Source of the DNA: an uncultured Chromatiales bacterium
Lineage (GTDB): Bacteria > Pseudomonadota > Gammaproteobacteria > CBFCYW01
Length of the DNA stretch: 64,000 bases
Direction: 5' to 3'
Assembly (NCBI GenBank): GCA_965602395.1
Contig: CBFCYW010000003.1
Span: 19,501-83,500 of the forward strand
In this document: one piece after another, positions 40,379 to 49,832 of the stretch
Position numbering within the stretch: position 1 is the stretch's first letter
How the letters are laid out: the number at the start of each line of letters is the position of its first letter
Translations under genes and position numbers: made by a program
Notes under the pieces: model-generated
What the model saw: only the letters and a program-made list of their open reading frames with translations
Database searches by the model: none
Told to the model about the DNA's origin: nothing

Positions 40379-41818
40379 ATGCAGTGGGAAACGGTAATCG
40401 GGCTGGAAATCCACGCCCAACTGGCGACCCGATCGAAAATCTTTTCCGGTGCTTCCACCGCCTTCGGCGCGGCGCCGAACACCCAGGCCTGCGCGGTCGA
40501 TCTCGGCCTGCCCGGGGTGCTGCCGGTGCTCAATAAAGAAGCCGTGCGGATGGCGGTGAAGTTTGGCCTGGCGATCGGCGCCGAGCTGGGCCGGCGCTCG
40601 GTGTTCGCGCGCAAGAATTACTTCTACCCGGACCTGCCCAAGGGCTACCAGATCTCCCAGTTCGAGCTGCCCATCGTCGGCCGCGGCCAGATCGAGATCG
40701 CTCTCGATGACGGCGGCGCGAAAACCATCGGCGTGACCCGCGCGCATCTCGAAGAGGACGCCGGCAAGTCGCTGCACGAAGGTGTGCCCGCCGGCACCAC
40801 CGGCGTCGACCTCAACCGCGCCGGCACGCCGCTGCTGGAGATCGTCTCCGAGCCGGACCTGCGCTCGGCGAAGGAGGCGGTGGCCTACGCGCGCGCCATC
40901 CACGCGCTGGTCACCTGCCTGCAGATCTGCGACGGCAACATGCAGGAGGGCAGCTTCCGCTGCGACGCCAACGTCTCGGTGCGGCCGCGCGGCGAAGAAA
41001 AGCTCGGCACCCGCGCGGAGATCAAAAACGTCAACTCCTTCCGCTTTCTGGAACGCGCGATCAACTTCGAGATCGAGCGCCAGATCGAGCTGATCGAATC
41101 CGGCGGCAAGGTGGTGCAGGAGACCCGCCTGTACGACGCCGAGCGCGATGAGACCCGCTCGATGCGCTCGAAAGAGGAAGCCAACGACTACCGCTATTTC
41201 CCCGATCCCGACCTGCTGCCGGTGGAGATCGACGACGCGCTGATCGACGAGATCCGCGCGCAGCTGCCGGAGCTGCCGGACGAAAAGCGCCAGCGCTTCA
41301 TCGAGCAGTACGGCCTGTCCGCGGACGATGCGCGCACGCTCACCGGCGACAGCGCCACCGCGGCCTATTTTGAGGCCGTCGCGGCCAGCGCCGGGCAGCC
41401 GAAGCTGGCCGCCAACTGGGTGCTGGTGGAGCTGGGCGGGCGCTTGAACAAAGAGGGGCTGGGCATCGCCGACAGTCCGGTCGGCGCGGCCAGCCTCGGC
41501 GGCCTGCTGGCGCGGATCGCCGACAACACCATCTCCGGCAAGATCGGCAAACAGGTGTTCGACGCCATGTGGGCCGGCGAGGGCGAGGCTGACGCGATCA
41601 TCGAGGCGAAGGGACTCAAGCAGATCAGCGACAGCGGCGCGATCGAAGCGATCGTCGACGAGGTGCTGGCCAACAACCCGGATCAGATCGCCCAGTACAA
41701 GGCCGGCAAGGAAAAGCTGCTGGGCTTTTTCGTCGGCCAGGCGATGAAGGCATCCAGGGGCAAGGCCAATCCCGGGCAGTTGAATCAGATGCTCAAAGAC
41801 AAGCTGGCGAAGCTTTGA
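40379..41818 (+). CDS. gatB: Asp-tRNA(Asn)/Glu-tRNA(Gln) amidotransferase subunit B
   Basis: [15 protein letters not shown]... GatB/YqeY domains; track start 40331 over-extended. Confidence 0.96.
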   Translation: MQWETVIGLEIHAQLATRSKIFSGASTAFGAAPNTQACAVDLGLPGVLPVLNKEAVRMAVKFGLAIGAELGRRSVFARKNYFYPDLPKGYQISQFELPIVGRGQIEIALDDGGAKTIGVTRAHLEEDAGKSLHEGVPAGTTGVDLNRAGTPLLEIVSEPDLRSAKEAVAYARAIHALVTCLQICDGNMQEGSFRCDANVSVRPRGEEKLGTRAEIKNVNSFRFLERAINFEIERQIELIESGGKVVQETRLYDAERDETRSMRSKEEANDYRYFPDPDLLPVEIDDALIDEIRAQLPELPDEKRQRFIEQYGLSADDARTLTGDSATAAYFEAVAASAGQPKLAANWVLVELGGRLNKEGLGIADSPVGAASLGGLLARIADNTISGKIGKQVFDAMWAGEGEADAIIEAKGLKQISDSGAIEAIVDEVLANNPDQIAQYKAGKEKLLGFFVGQAMKASRGKANPGQLNQMLKDKLAKL

Positions 41819-41843
41819 GGCTTTGCTCGCCGCGCTGCAACAA

Positions 41844-41870
41844 GGGCCGCAAACGCGGCCCTTTTTGTTG
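41844..41870. terminator. rho-independent terminator after gatB (also 3' of convergent GNAT gene)
   Basis: GGGCCGC-aaac-GCGGCCC followed by TTTTTGTTG. Confidence 0.85.
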
Positions 41871-41897
41871 TCTGCCGTGGCGCGACTGGCGAGCGGC

Positions 41898-42445
41898 TCA
41901 CCACAGTGCCGGATCGCGCAGCGCCGCCACGCAGCCGAGTTCGACAACGCTCGCCTGCGGCTCGCGGCCGCTCAGCGATTGCGCCAGCCAGCCGATCGGC
42001 TGTTGCAGCGGGTAGGGTGGCCGGTACTTTTCCACGCTGGCGGCGGTGAAGCCGAAGCGGCCGTAGTAGGCCGGGTCGCCGTACACGAACAGCAGATCGA
42101 CACCGCGCGCGGTCAGCTCGCGCAGGCCGGATTCGATCAGCTGCGAGCCGACGCCGCGGCTCTGGCATTCCGGGTGCACCGCGAGCGGCGCCAGAATGTA
42201 GCCGCAACAGTCGCCGGGGCCGGTGTCGCCGGGGCGGTCGAGCGTCACCGGGCTGAAGGCGATATGTCCGGCCGCCGCGCCGGCGTCGATGGCGATCAGC
42301 GACAGGGTTTGCGGAGTGCCCGGCTCGTCGAGCAGTGCGTCGACGAAGGCGGCGATGGCCCGGCCCTCGCCGTCGGCGAAGGCCCGCAGGTGGATGTCGC
42401 GGATGGCGTCGCGGTCCCGGGTGGTCGTCTTGCGGATGTCGATCA
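41898..42445 (-). CDS. GNAT family N-acetyltransferase
   Basis: about 182 aa from MIDIRKTTTRDRDAIRD; acetyl-CoA binding QSRGVGSQL motif; track ORF 41898..42935 over-extended. Confidence 0.8.
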
Positions 42446-42526
42446 TCGATTGGCGATGCCTGCGGTTGCGGTGGTCGTGCGTGGCTGCCGTCCGTCCCGT
42501 CCTGTGCGGGTTGGCACCGGGCCGGC

Positions 42527-43930
42527 TCAAAGCACTTCGGTGGCGTGATCGGCCAGCCGCGAGCGCTCGCCGCGGGTCAGGGTGATGTGCCCCGAGTGCG
42601 CCCAGCCCTTGAAGCGATCGACCACGTAGGTCAGCCCGGAGGTGGTCTCGGTCAGATAGGGCGTGTCGATCTGCGCGATATTGCCCAGGCAGACCACTTT
42701 GGTGCCGGGCCCGGCGCGGGTGATCAGCGTTTTCATCTGTTTCGGCGTCAGGTTCTGGGCCTCGTCGATGATCAGGAATTTGTTGAGAAAGGTGCGCCCG
42801 CGCATGAAGTTCAGCGAGCGGATCTTGATCCGGTGCGCCAGCAGATCGCTGGTCGCCTGGCGCTCCCACTCGCCGCGATCCTGCTCCTCGCCGCTGGTGA
42901 GCACTTCCAGATTGTCCATCAGCGCGCCCATCCACGGCGTCATTTTCTCCTCTTCGGTGCCGGGCAAAAAGCCGATGTCCTCGCCCACCGGCACGGTCAC
43001 GCGGGTCATGATGATCTCCGCGTAGCGGCGCTCGTCGAGGGTCTGCGCCAGCGCCGCGGCCAGCGTCAGCAGGGTTTTGCCGGTGCCGGCCATGCCGACC
43101 AGGGTGACGAAATCGATCTGTTCATCCATCAGCAGGTTGAGGGCGAAGTTCTGCTCGATGTTGCGCGCGTTGATGCCCCACACCGAGTTGCGCTCGCGGA
43201 AGTCGCGGGCGTGCTCGATCACCGCGCTGCCGTCGCCGATCTCGCGCACCAGCGCGGCGAAGGGCGGCTCGGCGTCCAGCGCCAGGCATTGGTTGGGCAC
43301 CCAGCCGGCGGCAGCCGGGCCGCGCAGGCGGTAGTAGCTGCGGCCCTCGCTCTTCCAGCTCTGCATGGCCTTGCCGTGGCGATCCCAGAAATCCGCCGGT
43401 AGCTGCTCGAAGCCGCTGTACAGCAGATCGGCATCCTCCAGCACCTGATCGCTGTGGTAGTCCTCGGCGTGCACGCCGACCACGCTGGCCTTGATGCGCA
43501 GGTTGATGTCTTTGGAGACCAGTGTCACCGCGCACTGCGGGCGCTCGCGCATCAGCACCAGCGCGGTGTTGAGGATCGAATTGTCCGGCACGCTGCCGGG
43601 CAGATCCTGCGGCAGGCCGCTGCGATGGCTCTGGGTCTGGAAGAACAGCCGGCCGTTGCTGCGCTCATCGCCGCCGCTGCCATTGAGCAGGGTCAGCGGC
43701 AGGCCGGCGGCGAGGTCGCCGTCGCTGTGGCGGGTGAGCAGCTCGTCGATGAAGCGGCTGCTCTGGCGGGCGTTGCGGGCGACTTCGGAGAGGCCCTTTT
43801 TGCCGGCGTCGAGTTCTTCGAGCACCACCATCGGCAGGTAGATGTCGTGCTCCTGAAAGCGGAACAGCGCGCTCGGATCGTGCATCAGCACGTTGGTGTC
43901 GAGAACGAACAGGCGGGATTTTTCCTGCAT
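42527..43930 (-). CDS. PhoH2: PIN-domain + PhoH-like ATPase fusion protein (YlaK family)
   Basis: N-terminal PIN (LFVLDTNVLMHDP...EELD), C-terminal PhoH with Walker A GMAGTGKT and IIDEAQNL. Confidence 0.88.
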   Translation of the reverse strand: MQEKSRLFVLDTNVLMHDPSALFRFQEHDIYLPMVVLEELDAGKKGLSEVARNARQSSRFIDELLTRHSDGDLAAGLPLTLLNGSGGDERSNGRLFFQTQSHRSGLPQDLPGSVPDNSILNTALVLMRERPQCAVTLVSKDINLRIKASVVGVHAEDYHSDQVLEDADLLYSGFEQLPADFWDRHGKAMQSWKSEGRSYYRLRGPAAAGWVPNQCLALDAEPPFAALVREIGDGSAVIEHARDFRERNSVWGINARNIEQNFALNLLMDEQIDFVTLVGMAGTGKTLLTLAAALAQTLDERRYAEIIMTRVTVPVGEDIGFLPGTEEEKMTPWMGALMDNLEVLTSGEEQDRGEWERQATSDLLAHRIKIRSLNFMRGRTFLNKFLIIDEAQNLTPKQMKTLITRAGPGTKVVCLGNIAQIDTPYLTETTSGLTYVVDRFKGWAHSGHITLTRGERSRLADHATEVL

Positions 43931-43990
43931 GGGTTCACCGTGTCGCACCGGCGGGCGATGCCGCCGGATGGAGAGGGCTGCGGGCGCTGC

Positions 43991-44462
43991 TCAGCCGGCC
44001 AGCTCGCGGGCGGCAGCGAGCACTTCGTCGGCGTGACCGGGCACCTTCACCTTGCGCCACTCGCGGCGCAGCACGCCGCCGGCGTCGATCAGAAAGGTGC
44101 TGCGCTCGATGCCGCGCACCTGTTTGCCGTACATGTTTTTCATCCTGATGACATCGAACAGCTGGCAGGCGATCTCTTCCTTGTCCGACAGTAATTCAAA
44201 GGGCAGGGACTGCTTGGCCTTGAAGTTGTCGTGGCTTTTTACGCCGTCGCGGGAGACGCCGAGAATCACCGTGTTGGCGGCTTCGAACTGCGCGGCGAGG
44301 TCGCGGAAGTTCTGCGACTCGGTGGTGCAGCCGGGGGTGCTGTCCTTAGGGTAAAAGTACAGCACCAGCTGGCGGCCGCGCAGCTCGGCGAGGGCGATGG
44401 TCTGTCCGCCGCTGGCGGGCAGGGCGAGATCGGGGACGGGCTGGCCGACTTCGACACTCATG
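43991..44462 (-). CDS. bcp: thiol peroxidase Bcp (peroxiredoxin Q)
   Basis: 156 aa; FYPKDSTPGCT peroxidatic Cys motif; divergent from dapA as in enterics and pseudomonads. Confidence 0.93.
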
Positions 44463-44647
44463 ACTGTGCGGATCCTCTGTGGCGCGAATTCTGGCCGAGT
44501 GTACACCCGCCGCGCGGCGTCGCCAGAGCGGGGGGCGATGTGTTCGGTGCGGCGCTCGCAGCCACGGCCGCGCTGCGGTGGCGGCTCGCTTGTCACCCTC
44601 ACGGGCCGCAAGTACCATTGCGACCCGTTCCATATTGGGGTTGCAGC

Positions 44648-45532
44648 ATGTTCCAGGGCAGCATGGTCGCGATGGCCACGCCGATGCGCGCGGACGGCGC
44701 GGTCGACGAGCAGTCGCTCGCCGGACTGGTCGAGTTCCACGTCGTCAACGGCACCGACGCGATCGTCGCCGTGGGCACCACCGGCGAGTCTTCGACGCTC
44801 AGCTTTGACGAGCACGAGCACGTGGTGCGGCGCGTCATCGAGCTGGCCGCCGGGCGCCTGCCGGTGATCGCCGGCACCGGCGCCAACTCCACCGCCGAGG
44901 CGATCCGCCTGACGCGCTCGGCGAAAGCCGCCGGCGCCGATGCCTGCCTGCTGGTCACCCCCTACTACAACAAGCCGACGCAGGAAGGGCTCTATCGGCA
45001 CTTCGCCGCGCTGGCCGAGGCGGTGGATATCCCGCAGATCCTCTACAACGTCCCCGGCCGCACCGCGGTGGACATGCTGCCCGAGACCACCGAGCGCCTC
45101 GCGCACATCGACAACATCGTCGGCATCAAGGAGGCCTTCGGCACGGTCGAGCGCATCGTCGATCTGGTCGCCCGCTGCGGCCAGCGCCTGGCGGTGTACA
45201 CCGGCGACGACGCCACCGCGATGGAGAGCATCCTCGCCGGCGCCCGCGGCGACATCTCGGTGACCGCCAACGTGGTACCGCGGCAGATGCACGAGATGTG
45301 TGCCGCCGCGCTGCGCGGCGATCGCGCCGCCGCCGAGGCCATTGAGGCCGAGATCGGCGATCTGCACCGCACGCTGTTTCTCGAAGCCAACCCGATCCCG
45401 GTGAAGTGGGCACTGCAGCAGATGCGACTGATCCCCGAGGGCATTCGCCTGCCCCTGACCCCGCTGGCCGACGCCTGCCACGCCGAGCTGCGCGCCTCGC
45501 TGATCAAGTCCGGTGCGCTGCGCGATGAGTAG
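44648..45532 (+). CDS. dapA: 4-hydroxy-tetrahydrodipicolinate synthase
   Basis: MFQGSMVAMATPM...GTTGES..., Schiff-base Lys in IVGIKEA; track start 44231 over-extended. Confidence 0.95.
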   Translation: MFQGSMVAMATPMRADGAVDEQSLAGLVEFHVVNGTDAIVAVGTTGESSTLSFDEHEHVVRRVIELAAGRLPVIAGTGANSTAEAIRLTRSAKAAGADACLLVTPYYNKPTQEGLYRHFAALAEAVDIPQILYNVPGRTAVDMLPETTERLAHIDNIVGIKEAFGTVERIVDLVARCGQRLAVYTGDDATAMESILAGARGDISVTANVVPRQMHEMCAAALRGDRAAAEAIEAEIGDLHRTLFLEANPIPVKWALQQMRLIPEGIRLPLTPLADACHAELRASLIKSGALRDE

Positions 45533-46622
45533 TTTCAGCCGCGCCGCGGCGGTGGCTGCGCTGCTCGTCGCCCTGTCCGCCTGCAGCCTGCTGGAGGACG
45601 AAACCCAGGGTGGTTACCAGAGTGCGCAGCGCGTCCGCGCACTGGAGGTGCCGCCGGATCTGGCCAGCCCGGATCAGAGTGCGCAGTTCGTGATCCCCGG
45701 CGACAGCGGCGGCAAGCTGGCGCGCAACATGCTGCTGCCGGCGCTGGACAGCGTGCGCATGGTGCGCGATGGCGACATCGCCTGGCTGCGCGTCGATGCC
45801 GCGCCGGAGACCCTCTGGCCGCTGCTGCGCCGCTTCCTCGCCCAGGAGGGATTGCCGCTGGAGCGCGACGAGCCGCTCACCGGGTTGCTCGCCACGCAGT
45901 GGGTCGAGCGTCGCCCCGAGCTGCCCCAGGACGGCCTGCGCCGATTGCTCTACGGCATCACCTCCGGGCTGTTTTCCAGCCCGCTGCGCGACAGCTACGT
46001 GCTGCGCCTGGAGCGGGTGCAGAACGCCTCGCCGCAGTCGACGCGCATTTTCGTTCGCCACCGTGGCATGGAGCACGTGCGCGATGACGAGGAGAATCTG
46101 CCGCGCCGCGAGCAGGTCGACACCGTGTGGGTGCCGCGGCCGCGCGATGTCGATCTCGAAGCGCGTCTGATGCAGCGCCTGCTGGTGTTTCTCGGCCTCG
46201 ACGAACAGCGCGCCAGCGGCCTGCTCAGCGAGGCGGAGATGCGCCGCATCATCGACGTCGCCTACGTCGATCAGAACGCCAACGGCGAGGCCTTCCTGTT
46301 CGTCGGCCAGTCCGAGCTGCAAGCCTGGGGGCGGCTGGAGGAGGCGCTGGAGAGCATCGGCTTCTCGGTCACCGAGCGCACCGAAGAGTCGCTGCGCATG
46401 GAGATGGCGCGCCTGGGCAGCTTCGTGGCCGAGGACGAGCCGCAGGAAAAGGGCTTCTTCGCCCGCCTTTTCGAGGGCGATGAGGATCGCCGCGACTACC
46501 ACGCCCTGGTGCGTGCCCAGTCCGGTGGTTCGCGCATCGTGCTGCGCATGGCCGATGGTAGCGCCCTGCCGCGCGACGAGGAACTGGCCATCCTCAACGC
46601 TCTGCAGCCGCAGTTCCGCTAG
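45525..46622 (+). CDS. bamC: outer membrane protein assembly factor BamC (NlpB) lipoprotein
   Basis: lipobox LSAC; overlaps dapA stop; conserved dapA-bamC synteny. Confidence 0.8.
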   Translation: MSSFSRAAAVAALLVALSACSLLEDETQGGYQSAQRVRALEVPPDLASPDQSAQFVIPGDSGGKLARNMLLPALDSVRMVRDGDIAWLRVDAAPETLWPLLRRFLAQEGLPLERDEPLTGLLATQWVERRPELPQDGLRRLLYGITSGLFSSPLRDSYVLRLERVQNASPQSTRIFVRHRGMEHVRDDEENLPRREQVDTVWVPRPRDVDLEARLMQRLLVFLGLDEQRASGLLSEAEMRRIIDVAYVDQNANGEAFLFVGQSELQAWGRLEEALESIGFSVTERTEESLRMEMARLGSFVAEDEPQEKGFFARLFEGDEDRRDYHALVRAQSGGSRIVLRMADGSALPRDEELAILNALQPQFR

Positions 46623-46640
46623 CCCGGCGCGGCCGCGACG

Positions 46641-47411
46641 ATGGCCCTGCGCTACGCGGCACTGGCCAGCGGCAGCGGCGGCAACGCCGCGGTGCTGCGC
46701 GGCGGCGACAGCTGCCTGCTGGTCGATTGCGGGCTGACCATCAAAGAGACCGTGCGCCGCCTCGCCGCGCTGGATCTGGCGCCCGAAAACCTCGACGCGC
46801 TGCTGGTCACCCACGAGCATGGCGATCACCTCAGTGGTGTCGCGCCGCTGGCGCGGCGCTTCGGCCTGCCGGTGTACATGACCCACGGCACCGCCGCCCG
46901 CGCCCGCGATCTGAATATCCCCAGTCTGCACCTCTACCACGCCTGCGATCATTTGCGGATCGGCGATCTCGACCTGCGGCCCTTCACCGTGCCACACGAC
47001 GCCGCCGAACCCTGCCAGCTGGTCGCCGGGTACGCCGGCCGCCGCCTCGGCCTGGTCACCGATCTCGGCCACATCAGCAGCCACGTGCGCGAGGTGCTCG
47101 CCGACTGCGACGCGCTGGTGCTCGAATGCAACCACGATGCGCAGATGCTGCGCGACGGCCCGTATCCGCCGGCCTTGCAGCGTCGCGTCGGCGGCGACTG
47201 GGGGCATCTGGAGAACCGCCAGGCCGCCGCGCTGCTGGCCGGCCTCGATACGCCGCGTTTGCAGCACCTGTTGCTGGCCCATCTCTCCGCGCGCAACAAT
47301 CGCCCGCAACTGGCGCTGCAGGCGGTGCACGAAGCCATCGCCGCGGAGGTCTGTGAGCGCGTCGCAGTGCTCGACCAGCACAGCCCCGGTGAGTGGATCG
47401 AGCTGGCCTGA
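46641..47411 (+). CDS. MBL-fold metallo-hydrolase (YycJ/PhnP-like)
   Basis: HEHGDH motif, additional His/Asp ligands; 256 aa. Confidence 0.8.
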   Translation: MALRYAALASGSGGNAAVLRGGDSCLLVDCGLTIKETVRRLAALDLAPENLDALLVTHEHGDHLSGVAPLARRFGLPVYMTHGTAARARDLNIPSLHLYHACDHLRIGDLDLRPFTVPHDAAEPCQLVAGYAGRRLGLVTDLGHISSHVREVLADCDALVLECNHDAQMLRDGPYPPALQRRVGGDWGHLENRQAAALLAGLDTPRLQHLLLAHLSARNNRPQLALQAVHEAIAAEVCERVAVLDQHSPGEWIELA

Positions 47412-47526
47412 AATGGCCACTGCAGATGCCGGCCCGCAGCTTGCTGAGCCGGCAATTGCTGCCGTGACGGTAAATCCTTAAGCTAAGCGGGCCTCGATCA
47501 ACCCCCCGAGGGGAAGGAGCCCGGCT

Positions 47527-48930
47527 ATGCAGGCCCGGGTCATGGCTCACCGACTCAATGTTCGCGCCCGGCCGCATACCGATGGCCGTCGCCTTGGCGT
47601 GCTGCCGCGCGATGCGGTGATCAACCTGCTCGGCGAGCGCGGCAACTGGCGCGAGATCCGCTTCAAGGGCGCGCCGGCCTTTCTGCATGCCAGCCATCTC
47701 GAAGCCCTACCCGTAGCGCAGCCGCTGCGCGGCTTGGTGCGCGCCAGGTATCTCAACGTGCGCGCCGCGCCGTCGGCACGTGCGCGGATTATCGGCGGGC
47801 TGGTCAAAGGCGGCGTGGTGGATATCCTCGGCGAACAGGGCGAATGGCTGGAGATCGAATTCAACGGCTCCACCGCCTTCGTCCACGGCGACTACATCAG
47901 CCTCAGCCAGCCGGCGCACCGCGAGCGCGCCCGCGTCAGCGTCGATTGGCTCAACGTGCGCGCCGCCCCCAGCATTCGCGGCCAGCTGCTCGGCCAACTG
48001 CCACGCGGTGCCGAATTCGCCATCGGCGCGCGCCACGGTGGCTGGCTGGAGCTGCGCTTCAACGGCGCCACCGCCTTCGTCCACGGCGATCACGTGCAGT
48101 CATCGCCGATCGGCGAGCACTCCCCGCAGCATCCCGCCGCGCCGGAATCTGACGAACCCATCGAGCTACCGCCGCGCGCGCCTGAGCTGGATCAACCGGC
48201 CGACAGTCTCGACCGCGTGCCGCTGGCCGCCACGCGCCGATTGCAGGCTGGCGACAGCCGCCGCGAGGTCGCCGTCGCCAGTACCTGGAATCGATACGGC
48301 GGCCTGCTGGAAAAACTCTGCGATGAGCGCGCCCTCGACCCCGGCTGCGCCGTTGCCGTGCTCTGCGTGGAAAGCGCCGGCCAGGGCTTTGATCGCAACA
48401 ACCGGCAGCGCATGGTGGTGCGCTTCGAAAACCACAAATTCTGGAAGTATTGGGGGCGCGACAACGCGGCGCAGTTCCAGCGGCATTTTCGCTTTGGTAT
48501 CGAGGACGATCTCGGTCGCCTGCGGCAAACCTGGAAGCGCCACCAGTGGCGGCAAAGGAGCAACGGCCGTTGGCGCGATTTTCACGGTGATCAGGCCGCC
48601 GAATGGCAAGTGCTGGATTTCGCGCGCTCGCTGGATGACAGCGCAGCGCTGATGTCCATTAGCATGGGCGCGCCGCAGATCATGGGCTTTCACTATAAGG
48701 CGCTAGGTTTCGATACGGTTCAGGATATGTTCGAGCAGTTCAGCTCCGACATCCGCTATCACATAATCGGCCTGTTCGATTTCTTCGATAGCCGCATGAC
48801 CCAGGCGCTGCGACGGCAGGATTTTGAAACCTTTGCCGGCTACTACAACGGCAGTGGCCAGAAGCAGCGCTACGGCCGACTTATCGGCGACCATTTCAAC
48901 GCTTGGCGCCGGCTCGATGGCCGAGCCTGA
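47527..48930 (+). CDS. cytoplasmic peptidoglycan hydrolase: 3 x SH3b repeats + C-terminal N-acetylmuramidase (PF11860/DUF3380-like, TtsA/endolysin family)
   Basis: No signal peptide; three about 65-aa repeats (LNVRA.PS.......G.L..G.......G....W.EI.FNG..AFVH); C-terminus GAPQIMGFHYKALGF...FE.F......H..GLFDFF.......ALRRQDFETFAGYYNGSGQKQRYG matches the muramidase family pattern; GGAAGGAG RBS. Confidence 0.8.
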   Translation: MQARVMAHRLNVRARPHTDGRRLGVLPRDAVINLLGERGNWREIRFKGAPAFLHASHLEALPVAQPLRGLVRARYLNVRAAPSARARIIGGLVKGGVVDILGEQGEWLEIEFNGSTAFVHGDYISLSQPAHRERARVSVDWLNVRAAPSIRGQLLGQLPRGAEFAIGARHGGWLELRFNGATAFVHGDHVQSSPIGEHSPQHPAAPESDEPIELPPRAPELDQPADSLDRVPLAATRRLQAGDSRREVAVASTWNRYGGLLEKLCDERALDPGCAVAVLCVESAGQGFDRNNRQRMVVRFENHKFWKYWGRDNAAQFQRHFRFGIEDDLGRLRQTWKRHQWRQRSNGRWRDFHGDQAAEWQVLDFARSLDDSAALMSISMGAPQIMGFHYKALGFDTVQDMFEQFSSDIRYHIIGLFDFFDSRMTQALRRQDFETFAGYYNGSGQKQRYGRLIGDHFNAWRRLDGRA

Positions 48931-48975
48931 ACAAATAAGTGCGGCGGCAGCGCCGCCCGCAGGAGTCTGCAGACA

Positions 48976-49404
48976 ATGAGCATCCTTAATTTCATCGGCC
49001 AGATCTTCAAGCCGGCCACCGACTTGATCGATGACATGCACACCAGCGATGAGGAAAAGATCAAGCTGCAGGCGCAGATGAGGGTCATCGAGAACGAATT
49101 CCAGGCCAAGATGCTGGAATACGAAACCCGCTTGATGGAGAACAAGGCCTCGATCATCAACGCGGAATCCACCGGGCATTCCTGGCTGCAGAGAAACTGG
49201 CGGCCGATAACCATGCTCACCTTCCTCACCCTGGTGGTGATGGACAGCTTTGGCTGGCTCGCCAATCCTCTCGCCGACGAGGCCTGGTTACTGCTGCAGA
49301 TCGGTCTCGGTGGATATGTGGCGGGGCGGTCAATGGAGAAGATCACCGGCAAGTTCATGTCCACGCGGCGCGGGATTGATCCGGATAACGACGCCGTGGG
49401 GTGA
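48976..49404 (+). CDS. holin, GTA-type 3TM holin family-like (PF11351-like)
   Basis: 142 aa; N-terminal FKPATDLIDDMHTSDEEKIKLQAQ...ENKAS....S.G.SW...WRP pattern followed by two or three hydrophobic helices; CAGGAG RBS; 45 nt downstream of muramidase. Confidence 0.65.
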   Translation: MSILNFIGQIFKPATDLIDDMHTSDEEKIKLQAQMRVIENEFQAKMLEYETRLMENKASIINAESTGHSWLQRNWRPITMLTFLTLVVMDSFGWLANPLADEAWLLLQIGLGGYVAGRSMEKITGKFMSTRRGIDPDNDAVG

Positions 49405-49770
49405 TGCTGAGCAGCTTTGGCTGCGCGCAGCAGCCATCGCACTGGCCATCTGTGATTGTGGTGAAAAGCATCGCCGCCCAGCGCTGATTGATCGCCCGGA
49501 TTATTCGCAAGCCCTGGCCGAACAATCTTCCCGCCAAGCAGTCTGCAGAGTTTCGCGGCGCAGCTGCCGGTGCGTCCGCAAGCCGTACTCCGGGCAGCGC
49601 TTCCCGCCTATCCCGACCCCGCCTGGCGCCAGAAATAAAGCGCCCGGGCGGCCCGCGCTACAACCGCTAAAAGTATCAGGCCGCAGCAGTGCATATCTGA
49701 TCGATCGGTAATGCGGATTAAGTCTTTGTTTTTTTATAGATATACCGGTCGTTAATCCTCCGGGCGCTTG

Positions 49771-49822
49771 CGGTTTGACGACACATTGATAGCGTGTTTG
49801 CCATCAAACCGCCTTTTTGTTT
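49771..49822 (+). promoter_or_regulatory. terminator-like hairpin + T-tract located within the 5' leader immediately upstream of the DUF4382 gene RBS (candidate attenuator/riboswitch expression platform)
   Basis: GCGGTTTGA-(24 nt)-TCAAACCGC followed by CTTTTTGTTTGG, then GGAGAT RBS and ATG 49833. Confidence 0.45.
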
Positions 49823-49832
49823 GGAGATCCCG

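Noticed and set aside
49250-49711. 153-aa and 60-aa ORFs inside the 428-nt holin-DUF4382 intergenic region
   Set aside because: No RBS, Arg/Pro-rich nonsense-like composition; the region is better explained as a structured 5' leader.
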